Source: Pseudovirgaria hyperparasitica
Lineage: Eukaryota
DNA length: 64,000 nt
NCBI GenBank assembly: GCA_010093815.1
Contig: ML996577.1
Strand: one strand, 5' to 3'
Part shown: positions 1 through 10,520 of the stretch, piece by piece
How the letters are laid out: the number at the start of each line of letters is the position of its first letter
Position numbering within the stretch: position 1 is the first letter of the stretch
Notes under the pieces: generated by a model
The model's database searches: none
What the model was told of the DNA's origin: nothing
Seen by the model: only the letters and a program-made list of their open reading frames with translations
Position numbers and translations under genes: made by a program

Positions 1-296
1 CCATTCTCATCTGGACCGCCTACCCAATGTAAGTGACTGAGACGCTTGGACCTGTTGTTTTAGCTGACATTTGTAGTGTTTGGGGAATTGCCGATGGTGC
101 CCGCAACGTCTCCGTTGACGGCGAGATCATTGCCTATGCTGTCCTTGACGTGCTTGCCAAGCCCATCTTTGGCCTGTGGCTCTTGATCACCCACGCCAAG
201 CTTGCCGAGACCAATGTTGACCTCTCCGGCACTTTCTGGTCCAACGGCCTGAGCTCTGAGGGCCGCCTTCGTCTCGATGACGAAGATGGTGCTTAA
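1..296 (+). CDS. Fungal type-1 opsin (NOP-1/Leptosphaeria rhodopsin-like), 3' partial; intron 29-76
   Basis: Splicing GTAAGT(29)..TTGTAG(76) gives ILIWTAYPIVWGIADGARNVSVDGEIIAYAVLDVLAKPIFGLWLL, i.e. helices F-G with the DVLAK retinal Schiff-base motif and a typical C-terminus (FWSNGL..EG.LRLDDEDGA). Confidence 0.92.
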
Positions 297-973
297 ACGA
301 TTGCTGCAATGTGTAGCTCATTCGCTCTTTTATAAGCTGTAATCGTCATGAATGTGGCGAAGTGATCGAACTCGTGAATGACTTTGAGTCTCCACAGCTT
401 GTATCAAACAAACGATGTAGCGTATGAGGGAAAAAAATAGTAATGGAAATGACGTGAAAAGCAAGCCAGGACGACGATTGATTACGAGCCATACATTTCT
501 TGCATGCAACCATGACGTCGCAAGAGCTATTTTCGCTCTGGACTTATGGTTCACGGACCACTTTTTCAATCACCTTTTTACATAGCTGATGACTAAATAT
601 CATTGTAATTCACGTGGAATCGTGTCTTGGATATGAATGCTGCTGCTAAAAGTGCCTGTGGTTGATGGTGCCGTCTCATCTATATGCATGGATGCTCCTT
701 CCCTATATCTTCTAATGATGATGTAATCTCAGACTAACCACTACCTCGATGCGCTTAAAAAAACAAATGCATGCTCGTGGCCGAGTAATGTCTACCTTTT
801 GACAAAATGAAATGCACCGAAAAGTGCGTCGCATGCCTGACTTGTAACAAAAACGAACGGGGGGGTATCAATCATGCCAACAACCATCATCATCGTCATC
901 TTCTTCATCATCTTCACCTTCATCATACCATCCAAGTCCATAGACCACCACTCCAGTCCACGACTTGGATCAT

Positions 974-3860
974 CTATCCATCCTTTCCATTCTCCTTTAT
1001 ACCCAACCCCAACCCCAATCCAGAACCCAACCCGGACCCAAAAAGCCCACTCCGTCTCCGCCGCAACATCATGCCCCGCGTGCCCGAAATGTCCAACTGC
1101 ATCATCTTCATGTTCCCAATGTGCTGCTGCTGCTGCTGTTGCGGCCCCCCAGACTGCTGCGATACACTGCCCCGCCGACTATGCGGTCTGCTACCTGGTC
1201 TGCTACCTGGTCGAGAGGAGGAGGCAGCTGCGGATTTACTTTTCGGTGGTTTCTTGGCGTCTGCCAGGATGGCTGCTGCTTCGACGTTCGTGTCTGCGTC
1301 ACCATTGTCTATTACGTCTGCATGGCTTGGGTCCGGGGTGTCGTGGAACAGGCGTTTGTACCGCAGCTCGGCTGCCGATGGGCTTGCGCACGGTGGGGGT
1401 GTTATCGGTGTGTGGAGCTGGTTCTGATTCTGATGAGAATGTAGATGTGTGGAACTGGCTTTTGTCATGGCGAGCGGACTTCCGAGGCCAAATGACGAGC
1501 GCGACGGTGGGAGCAGCGGGGTTGTGGGCTGGCTGGCAGAGGGGAAGAGGTGGCGGCTGCGACTCGATGACGATGATGGTGGTGGTGGTGGCCAGAGATG
1601 TGTGTCGTTGTGGTGGTGGTGGAGAGGAGAGGCGGGAGGCGATTCTGTCGACGAGGATTCGGAGTCGGGCATCTCGTCGTCGTCGTAATCGTCGTAGTCG
1701 TCGAATGGCGAGGGTCCGGTATCGTCGTCGTCATCGTGTGATGAGGAAACGAGTCCATCCTCCGGGCTACTTGGCTGCAGATGGAAGCTCCTGCGAGACG
1801 GCGAGAGTCGTCGGATTGATTGGTTGGCGCGGTTTCTTCGCAGTCCAGGTGCTGCCGGCTCGGCGAGATGGGGGACTTTGGCTGTGGACAGCGTCGTCAA
1901 AGGTGCTAACGCGTCAGGCCCAGCAGGCGTTACGATGACCGGCAACATACGCCTCTTGATCTCGCGTTTGTGTATATGGCTACTAGAACTCTGCAGCGCC
2001 GGTCGCATGTATCCATGCAGACTCTGTCTCAGATCAACCTGACTAGGACTGAACGCGACCCGAGCACGCAGACTGCGCACTGCTGCATCCAGCGCGAGTT
2101 CAATCGCGCAATGATTCTGGACACGAGCCAACTTCGGCCACGTCGCCTTCTCCCCTCCGAGGAGAGCAGCGAGCATGAACTCCGTCGTTGGGTTCGCAAG
2201 CACCTGTGGGACCTGCGCAAAGTCGATCTCGGGGAATATGGTAATGTCGCCGGCATAGCGCTGGCTTAGCACGGATCGGATCTTTGTAAAGTAGTTTGGA
2301 AAGACGCCCATCTCGGTAAGGACGTGCATGCGGTGCAAGGCTTCGTCTTTGGCCAGATTAGCCATGCTATTAAGCCAGGACGGCCCAGTGGTGATTGCGG
2401 CGGCGATGGAGGAGGATGCTTCATTGTTGACAAAGGGAACGACATGCGGATTTACTTGGGACACAATAAAGTGGTTGACGTTGAACATTTCGGCGAGGCG
2501 AGTCATGGGGAGGTCATTGTCGACGGAGCCGTCGATCCAGCGGCCTGGCGAAGGGTTCCATGGAACCTCAAGGCCTGTCCTGGGGTCTTTCGAGAGGAGG
2601 GATGCGGCGGAGAAGACGAGGGGTACGGAGCATGACGCGGCGCTGTTGACTGTGTTAGAACAAAAAGCACGTGAACATTTCCGGATCGGACTTACACGGC
2701 GGACCATATTATGACGTTAGGCGCTGTAATGTAGTTGAGGAGCCGTGGTAGCTCGTACACACTAGCCGTCGATACCGGAATGTTGAGAATCCTTCTCGTC
2801 CTGTTGTATGCTTCTTGGAACGTCAGGTCTCCCAGGAGGTTCTTCATCACCCTGATGAGATTACCAATGTCGAAAAGGGAGCCATGCTTCAAGAATCTAG
2901 ATAGTTTCCGGAAGATGCCGTCCTCTTCGCCCTCTCTCTCGAAAACGTCCATTTCGCCATAGCAGAACTCGTCAATAACGCTTGGGAGTTCTTCATCGGT
3001 TCTTGAGCATAGAATAGCCGCCACAATGCTGCCAGCAGATGCCCCGGATATGATTCTTGGTAGTAGTTTTGCTTCCCACAACGTCTTGACCACGCCAACA
3101 TGATTCATTCCAAAAGTACCGCCACCAGAGAGCAGAAGTGCGCTGCGGCCAAACGACTGTCTGGCCTGTAGAATCTGGTCGAGGAGATGCCTCGGATCAA
3201 CCTCGTCGTCGCCTTTCGCGGCAGCAATCTCCAACAAAGCCGTCAGAGTGTTCAGGGTTGATTCGATGTAGCGTTCGATCAAAGTCTTTGTTCCGATATG
3301 TGAGTGCTTATACAGCTGCAAGCTCCCCATACCACCAAGTCCACGAGTCAAAGATGTACGTATCAGGAACAGCATACGCCTGGTGTCGCAGTTCGTCCTC
3401 GCTTCATCCAGTTGCTGGAGGCGGCTCTTAACAAGTGCGTAGTTGTATTCGCGAGTCACCTCTTCCTCTTTCCACGCATTGTTGCCCTCTAGCTTATCCA
3501 GTTCCGAAGCAGCGGAGCGCCATTCGCTGTAGGTCTTTGCCTTGTGTGAATGTGAGCACGGTCTTTGCAGTGAACATCATAATGCTTTACCTCTTTCAAC
3601 TTTACATGCAGCAATTGCTTCCGATTCTCGTCGTCTATACTCAATGCGGTCTGCTCATCCGTGCTTTCAGCGCAGACCTCGGCAGCAGTCCATAATTCTT
3701 GAACTGCGCTCCTTGGATTCTGAGCCAGTCGTAACAACGGGTTGAGTAGCCCTCCATGACTCTGACTCTTTCTCACCACGCGCGTTTGCCCATCAATCAC
3801 CTTCTCATGGCCTTGATGCCCCGGGTGTAATCTTGACACAGGGATCTGCAGGAACGACAT
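974..3860 (-). CDS. TGL4: Patatin-domain triacylglycerol lipase, TGL4/TGL5-like; exons 3860-3591, 3540-2696, 2642-974
   Basis: GGGTFG glycine loop, GASAG nucleophile motif, WIDGSV catalytic Asp and the N-terminal TGL-type segment (AKTYSEWRSAASELDKLEGNNAWK). Two GT-AG introns restore the frame. Low-complexity C-tail. Confidence 0.9.
1122..1213. repeat. Coding microsatellite (CAG)n poly-Q and a 12-bp tandem repeat (GSRP) in the lipase C-terminal tail
   Basis: tgctgctgctgctgctg and ctgctacctggt repeated in tandem. Confidence 0.75.
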
Positions 3861-5526
3861 CTGTTTCTCGGAGCCATGCGCGACACGCAAGGACCGACGT
3901 GGAATCGGACGAGCGAGAGCAAGTCGGTGGCGAGGCTCGTAGCCGCCTTCGACTCGCGGGCAGCTATATGTATAAGCGGAGCGGCTCGAGACTGCTGGGC
4001 AGCGGTATCTGTTGTTGGCGCTGCTTGAGTAAAGGAATTGAGTATAGCGCGGTGAGCAGGCGTCTTTAGTTGCAGAAGCTTGAAAAGCGGGCGGTGATCA
4101 CGCGCGGGAGATGCACAGTGTACGTCACTTTGGTGGGGGAACAGGCGGGCGAGGCCAGGCGCAGATCAGACAGCGTAATAATATGAGAGTAATAGTGGTA
4201 GTAGTAAAGACGGTGAGAGAGGAACTGAGACATGGAGGATGAATCTGGCATTTATCAAGATGCGAGGGAGTAAGAATGTGTATTGAGTATTACGGCTGGA
4301 GTTGTACCAGAAAGTGCATGTGCATGTGGCCAACCTGGTGTCTGTGTCTATCCCGGTCCCTGTCCCTGCACGGCGCCCTGGTGACATTTTCCCCTTCCCG
4401 TTGCGTAGTTCCAAATGCAATGCAGGTATATTCCAGCACGGCCCGTCTTTGTCGCGATGACCGGGGTGGCTCAGGGAATCAGGTCTCTCCTGAACAGCAG
4501 ATGACACGTCGTCATGAGACTAATCCCGCACCTTTTCTTAGAATGTAATATACAGTTATTAGCCACTTCGCTGTGGCCGTCTTACGCCCTGGGACAGAAC
4601 GTAGATACACATAGCAGCGTTGGGACCGATTGAAGCATGTCGGTGGATCTTCTTCCCCCTTGTGACTCGACAACACCATAAAGAAAGGCAAAAGGAGATC
4701 TTGGAAACCTAGACGTGCATGGTTATCTACGGGGATGATGACGATATGCTCCACTACGTTGGAAGCGAACGATAAGAACAGGCACATGCTTGTTATGGGC
4801 CCCGCGCAGGTGGACATGTAAGAGCACGAGCTCACAGCAAGGCTGAACATGCCAACAGTTTGCAAAGGTAAACATCAATTTGCTCATCTTTTACTGCTGA
4901 AGACACCACGCTGTGGACTATTCTGGTTCTTCTTATCACCATATCAGGTCCTTCTCAACAGCATGTGAGCATAACTGATATTGCTGCCTGAGGCAACCGC
5001 CGTCTGCCCTTCAAATCATGCTCTCAACTGGTAGTCCGCGACCTTTTCAAACATCCAGGTGTTTGGCAATATATTGGTCTGGTGAAGTGCTTATAGAGGA
5101 GAATAACCAAGCAGATCGGTAGTATTTCGTACTTTGCTACACGAAAAAGGTGAGATGATGGATGCAGAGCACAAACCTCTCGCATCCATGAGGAATCCAT
5201 GGCGCGAAGCTCGAATCTCGCAATATCCCCCCCAAATGCATTCATATCCTCTAAACAGGCCGAAGTCGATCTACGGCTACGATCTTGCATCCTACTGTAG
5301 ACATAATGGGTATAGCCTTTTTGACTTTTACAAAAGCAGAATAGCAAGCTCACGCTCGGTCAGACCACAGAGTATGTACCCGGACTTCCGAGTACCAACA
5401 TCAACCTCGAATCCTACCTCACCGCAACATATATAGAGCAAATGCCGATGTAAACGTTCGGCTCTGTAGGAGCCTTAGGGTCTCTTGAAAGTTGTACCGA
5501 TCGCGGACTGAAAATAAAATCCCATA

Positions 5527-6883
5527 ATGAGTGGCCGCGTCCGAAGCATAGAAACGGAGCACCAATGCCAGAAATGTAAAAAGTTCTTCTCGCAGAGTGA
5601 GTCGCTACTTGTCCAATTTAGCTTCTCGTATGTTTCATGTCTAAATGTATCCAGAATCGTCTCTGACCCGACATACTAAACGTTGCGTCCTTGACTTGCC
5701 GGTGCCAATACGTCAGAAATCGTGCAGTCACTGCGCAAATGCAAAAGCACGTTGCAATCTCCGCCGACCTTCGTGCTCAAGGTGCACAGCTAGAGAATTA
5801 CCATGCAGTTATCCAACATCAGCCTCAGAACGGAGCCCATCTCCAACTTCGTCTTCAAGCTCCAAAACCCCATCAGAATACCCGGTTCCCTCGATTGAAG
5901 ACCATCACATCGCTCTTCCAACAGCTCAACCCAAGCAGCCAAATGACTCCTCCATTGATACCGTAATCCAAAGATCCTCGCCACTGTTGCCTTCCAGCGC
6001 TCTCCCCTCTCTCCGTGACCAATCTCTCCTGTATCCCGTCGCACGATTGCCCTCCCCAACCCCTCTCACCCTCCACTCCACAACCCAAATATTTCTCGTC
6101 CACCGCTCCTGGGTCGGCACCATGGCCAGCAAGACGCACCTCCCACCCATCATCCACCCACGCCAAATCCCTGACGGCATCCCACTCGACCTCATGGGCT
6201 TCTATCTCGTCGCCAAGGTATGGACCAGCGCAACAGCTGCAACTCGCCCTGGCGTGACACGCATAGCGGAGCGTGAGATGCTAAAGTTCCACGAGAGATA
6301 CACAGCGGGACAGGTTGGGAGCGTCAGGGATATGGTGATTGACTTGCAAGTGTTTCTGCTGTACGCCATCATCAAGCTGTTTCCGCCAGACGAAGTCGTG
6401 GAAAGGGATGTGGCGAAGGAACGAGAGATTTTCGCGCATCTTCAGGACGTGGCATATCAAGTCGCGAAAACCGGCCTGTTTCTCCCAGAGTCGCCGCATG
6501 AGAGCGGAGAGGCGGAAGACGAGCTCGGAGACTTGCCGAGCTGGGACACATGGTTGCTCACTGAAGCTAAACGCCGTGCCATCATTGCTGTTTACCAGAT
6601 GGCATGGGCATGGAGCGTTAGACACAGCTTCCCTGTGTTTCATGGCCGTGAACTAGATTTCGTGCAGGCGCCCGCGGCAAAAACACTGTGGGAAGCGGAG
6701 AACGAGGAGAAGTTTGCTGGAGCGTGGCGTTTGGATCGGCGGAAATGGGGCGCGAAGCCGTATTTGATGGGCGAGTTACCCTGGCTGGCTATGCCAGGAA
6801 ACGCGGAGAGGGATCGCCGGACGGAGATGTGGGCGGAGGATGTGGATGATTTCGGCATGTTTGTGCTGGGATTGCGGGAGTGA
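5527..6883 (+). CDS. Transcription factor with an N-terminal C2HC-type zinc finger plus a Zn(II)2Cys6 cluster (~432 aa); intron 5597-5654
   Basis: Exon 1 MSGRVRSIETEHQCQKCKKFFSQ spliced (GTGAGT..CCAG) to KSSLTRHTKRC, then CSHCANAKARCNLRRPSCSRCTARELPC. The C-terminal domain has the fungal TF-like W..W...EAKRR motif. Confidence 0.85.
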
Positions 6884-7304
6884 GACGTGTTGTGTGACGT
6901 TATCACACTGAAGCGGCTATCAACCCACTGCCTTGGAGGATGCCTTTGTCTCAGTTCCCCGGGGGTCCAGAGCATAATCTCGAGGTATCTTGTATACATA
7001 CGGTTCCCAAATGCTTTAGCTACTCAGCCGTATGGATACTGGTGGCAGACGCATATTTTTTTTGATTATCAAGCTCCAAGCCATAGAGTGAGAAGATATC
7101 ACGATTCCATCGTGAGTACGGACGCACTGTCGAAGGCAAAGTTCCCGTTTTCAGCGACCGTCAGTGACCGCCAAAGAAGTCCCTCATAGTAGACCAAGGT
7201 CGACCAGTGCATAGGATTCATCAGCCTCCTTCACGCATTTCTCCCGCAATCAATCTACCTCCACATCTAATACCTCTTAATATTTCGATGTACTCACGAC
7301 ATCT

Positions 7305-8033
7305 TCACCACGGAATATCAACACCAAACCGATCAACCAATCTCCCACTATCCTCACTTCCCAGTGCCTCGATCACCTTCAAACAATCTCGCACACTCTC
7401 CTCGGCACTAATCGCCCCCTCTTCCTTCCACCTCACCAAGCCCGTCTCCACCCTCCCAGGATGCAACAAACAAAACGTGACACCCGGCACATCAATCGAG
7501 AAGCTCCTAACCACTGCATTCAACGCCGCCTTGCTCGCCCTATACGCATACCCTCCACCCGCCCTATTCGCAGCCACACTGCCCATACGCGAACTCAGAA
7601 TCACCACCTTCGCATCCCGCGATCGCCTCAACAGGGGCAGGAAAGTGGTCACAACGTTGAACGTGCCCCAGGTGTTGACTTCGAATGTTCTGCTGAATGT
7701 AGCGTGGTCCATGACGTCGAGCGTCTCTGCAGCTGCGACGTCCCCGGGGTTTGATTCTTCGATTGCGGGAACGAGGCCGCGGATGCCGGCGCAGTGGATC
7801 AGGAGATCGATGGGCTGGGATGGGTGTTGCTGTGCGATGCTGGAGACTTGAAATTGGCTGGTGATGTCTGCTTTTAGGTATGTAACAGTTTTTTCGGCGA
7901 GACTGGGTGTTATTGGGGACGCATTGGAGTCTATAGCGATTATGGAACGCGGAGGGGTTTGCGATGCGTAGTGCTGTACAAAGGCGCGGCCGAGACCGGA
8001 TGCGGCGCCCGTGATGAGGATCGTTCCTGGCAT
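7305..8033 (-). CDS. Short-chain dehydrogenase/reductase (CsgA/C-factor-like classical SDR)
   Basis: ITGAASGLG Rossmann motif, HCAG, catalytic SS..GS and YRASK (YxxxK), LHPGRVET. ATG at 8033. Confidence 0.9.
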   Translation of the reverse strand: MPGTILITGAASGLGRAFVQHYASQTPPRSIIAIDSNASPITPSLAEKTVTYLKADITSQFQVSSIAQQHPSQPIDLLIHCAGIRGLVPAIEESNPGDVAAAETLDVMDHATFSRTFEVNTWGTFNVVTTFLPLLRRSRDAKVVILSSRMGSVAANRAGGGYAYRASKAALNAVVRSFSIDVPGVTFCLLHPGRVETGLVRWKEEGAISAEESVRDCLKVIEALGSEDSGRLVDRFGVDIPW

Positions 8034-8393
8034 GTAGATGGTGGTGAGAAGCACTTGTCAGTCGATGGACAAGAGCCCAAGCTCGAAGCATCATATAGTA
8101 AACTCATCCATTGGCTCAATCGGTATAGTTGCCGACTGCAAGCGTTTGCTAGCCTCATCGGGTAGCTATACCGCAACATGCAACATGAACGTAATGGTGA
8201 CGGAGGAATCTAGGACTGTCGACCAGTCTTCCACTACGAGTTTGATTTCTCTTCATTCAACAGCAGAACATTATCTTGGGGTATACCGATCGGATTCAGG
8301 TGCTTCTGCGTCAAGTGTTGCTGAATGGATACCTAGACTGTTGGCCTGATAGTGAGTTGGAATGACACCAAGTACAACACAGCCGGCTCTCAC

Positions 8394-9248
8394 ATGAGCA
8401 GACACACAATGGTCTATATAGGGCCTCAATGGGCCGAGGTGAAACGCCTGTATGCCTATGTGACGATCGACTTGACGCCCGAACAACTCAACGACATCCA
8501 CATCGACTTCGAAACAGGATCAAACGCAAAGTTCGACCCATTAGTAGAGCTTTTCATACAAGACATCCAAGAGTACCACGGAAAGTCGCATAGTGAAATT
8601 CGACGCCTTGAGAATAATGCTGGGCGAAACAACAGTTTCCTTCTTATTGACGAGCATGCCGTCACCGACAGGGCTTTGTGGTATGTGGAAGACCATGCTA
8701 CAGCAGACGATGTCGCATATGGCTGCGCTCAATCAACGGATGTTCTCTGGGAGATTCTTTTGAAGACTATCGATATTCCTAATGCCTTCAGCGGCTATGA
8801 GTGTGAATCCTCAGTTCTAGACGACCTCCAACGGATCACAGCATTCCCGCTCTCAGCCGAATTCAAGCAAAGCGAACCCTTCAGCAGCCATGGATATGAC
8901 TTTGGTCTCCCGATGGTGGTTGTGTTTCTTGAGCCTGGGGACTACGAGGAGAACACGGACATGGTCCTACGTATACAGCACCAAGTCGTGTGGCCGACGA
9001 CGGATCCAGCAACTGGTAATGTGAACGGATGTGTTGAAGTCCCCGAAAGAGTGGTCCGGGTCACAGAGCAAGTCGCGTCGGCATGGGGCCTTGCGCGAAC
9101 CTGGCATATCCCGCATCGAGTGGAAGATGGAGGAAGGCGGGCCTGCGACGATGGTACTGAATTTCCCAAAGGGACTGTGAGAATCAGGGTACAATACACG
9201 TCAGACGTGTCTCGGCCTACATACACGCGACTTGAAGGCTCGTTGTGA
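8394..9248 (+). CDS. Hypothetical protein (~284 aa, single exon)
   Basis: Uninterrupted ORF with globular-protein composition. First ATG (MSRHT) at 8394. No family recognised. Confidence 0.55.
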   Translation: MSRHTMVYIGPQWAEVKRLYAYVTIDLTPEQLNDIHIDFETGSNAKFDPLVELFIQDIQEYHGKSHSEIRRLENNAGRNNSFLLIDEHAVTDRALWYVEDHATADDVAYGCAQSTDVLWEILLKTIDIPNAFSGYECESSVLDDLQRITAFPLSAEFKQSEPFSSHGYDFGLPMVVVFLEPGDYEENTDMVLRIQHQVVWPTTDPATGNVNGCVEVPERVVRVTEQVASAWGLARTWHIPHRVEDGGRRACDDGTEFPKGTVRIRVQYTSDVSRPTYTRLEGSL

Positions 9249-9786
9249 GGTCACATTGATTAATGATGATGGGTCTGTTGAGAGTATCAACCAATTGCTG
9301 GCGAAGCTGGACTGTTGTTGAGGACGAGAGTGTTTACATCTATCAGTATGGCGCTGGCTTGTCCCAGTCTGTGCTGATTGGCTGCTCAAGACGGCGATGA
9401 TCGATGTGGCTGAGATTGATGCTGCGAGACCTGCAAGCCAGCAAGCAGCTCAATGTATGAGTAGGAACACCGCTAACCGCTTCTATCACCAATTGAGCAA
9501 ATGTAAGTTGGTACTAGTACAACTCCGACGGCTATCGATCCGAGGAGATCTGCAGATCGGACCATATTTGTGGGAATATTCTCTCTCTTCAGGTGAAGAA
9601 CACAGACGGAGGCTTGTTGAGCTTATGCAGTGTCCACCTTCAAGCAGGTGTTTGCTGTGCACGGGCTAACCGTCCGTTGAAGTCCTGTGCACAAAGCGTC
9701 GAGCTTTAAAAAGGTTGGTAGCTACGTTCTCCTTCTCAATAATCAGCTCCAGATAATTTCTACACTTGTGCTGTTGGTCTGCGGTC

Positions 9787-10520
9787 ATGATGCTCAGTCT
9801 CCCAGTACTGCTATGGGTCTTGGCGGTTGTGGTGGAATCAGCACCACTACTCCGGGCACGCGATGTAAGTGCTCCTAATGCCATACGTGGCAGTTCTCTT
9901 AACGAACCCAATAGTCCGATCTCGTTGCAACTCGATGCCCGGACTTCTGCGCCGGAACCAATTCGACCAAAGATGAGACTGCCTCTGCCTACATCTGCGG
10001 CGACCCACGACTGGGCCCTTCCGTTCTACCTGCCGGGCTCCCTCTCGAAGGCATCGCCGGCATCGACAGCACATATCACCGCTTCGGAGGCCTCTGTCCG
10101 GGCGACTTTCTAGCTAAATGGACCAATGCATCGACCGGCCAGTTCGTGTATCCACCACACGACGGCTATGCTCTTACTGCTGAAGGCGTGCCGGCCATGT
10201 TTAACTACACACTCGAGCCCGGCACTTACCTCGATCGTTTCGGTAGCGAGTACGGTGCTTACATGTCTCCGGCTGGGGCAGCATATGCACAGCGGTCTTT
10301 GCCTCCGACCAATCTCGCTGCGGCTCCGGGTGCAATGTATCCGTACAATTACAGAGTATACACCGTGGCGAAGAACCTGACCGTGCAAGGCGGTGCTATC
10401 GCTGGTTGGTTTGGACAGCAGGGGCTGGGGCTGCAATTCTTGATGCCAAAGAACATCATGACGCTTGTCAACGAAGGGTATTTGAACCGCGTGAATCTGA
10501 CAGCGGATCCAAATTGGTAG
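9787..10520 (+). CDS. Secreted TNT-domain (DUF4237) NAD+ glycohydrolase, fungal surface NADase-like (~227 aa); intron 9865-9914
   Basis: Signal peptide MMLSLPVLLWVLAVVVESAP. The spliced product has CPDFCAGT..YICGDPRLGP, YHRFGGLCPGDFLAKW, YPPHDGY, LDRFGSEYG, QRSLPPTNL, YRVYTV and GAIAGWFGQQGLGLQF, which are hallmark TNT motifs. Confidence 0.88.

Noticed and set aside
807..2714. Long plus-strand ORFs (206, 354, 159 aa etc.) rich in His/Cys/Arg
   Set aside because: Antisense shadows of the low-complexity tail of the TGL4-like lipase.
5134..5436. 100-aa ORF upstream of the transcription factor
   Set aside because: No recognisable motif or convincing exon structure.
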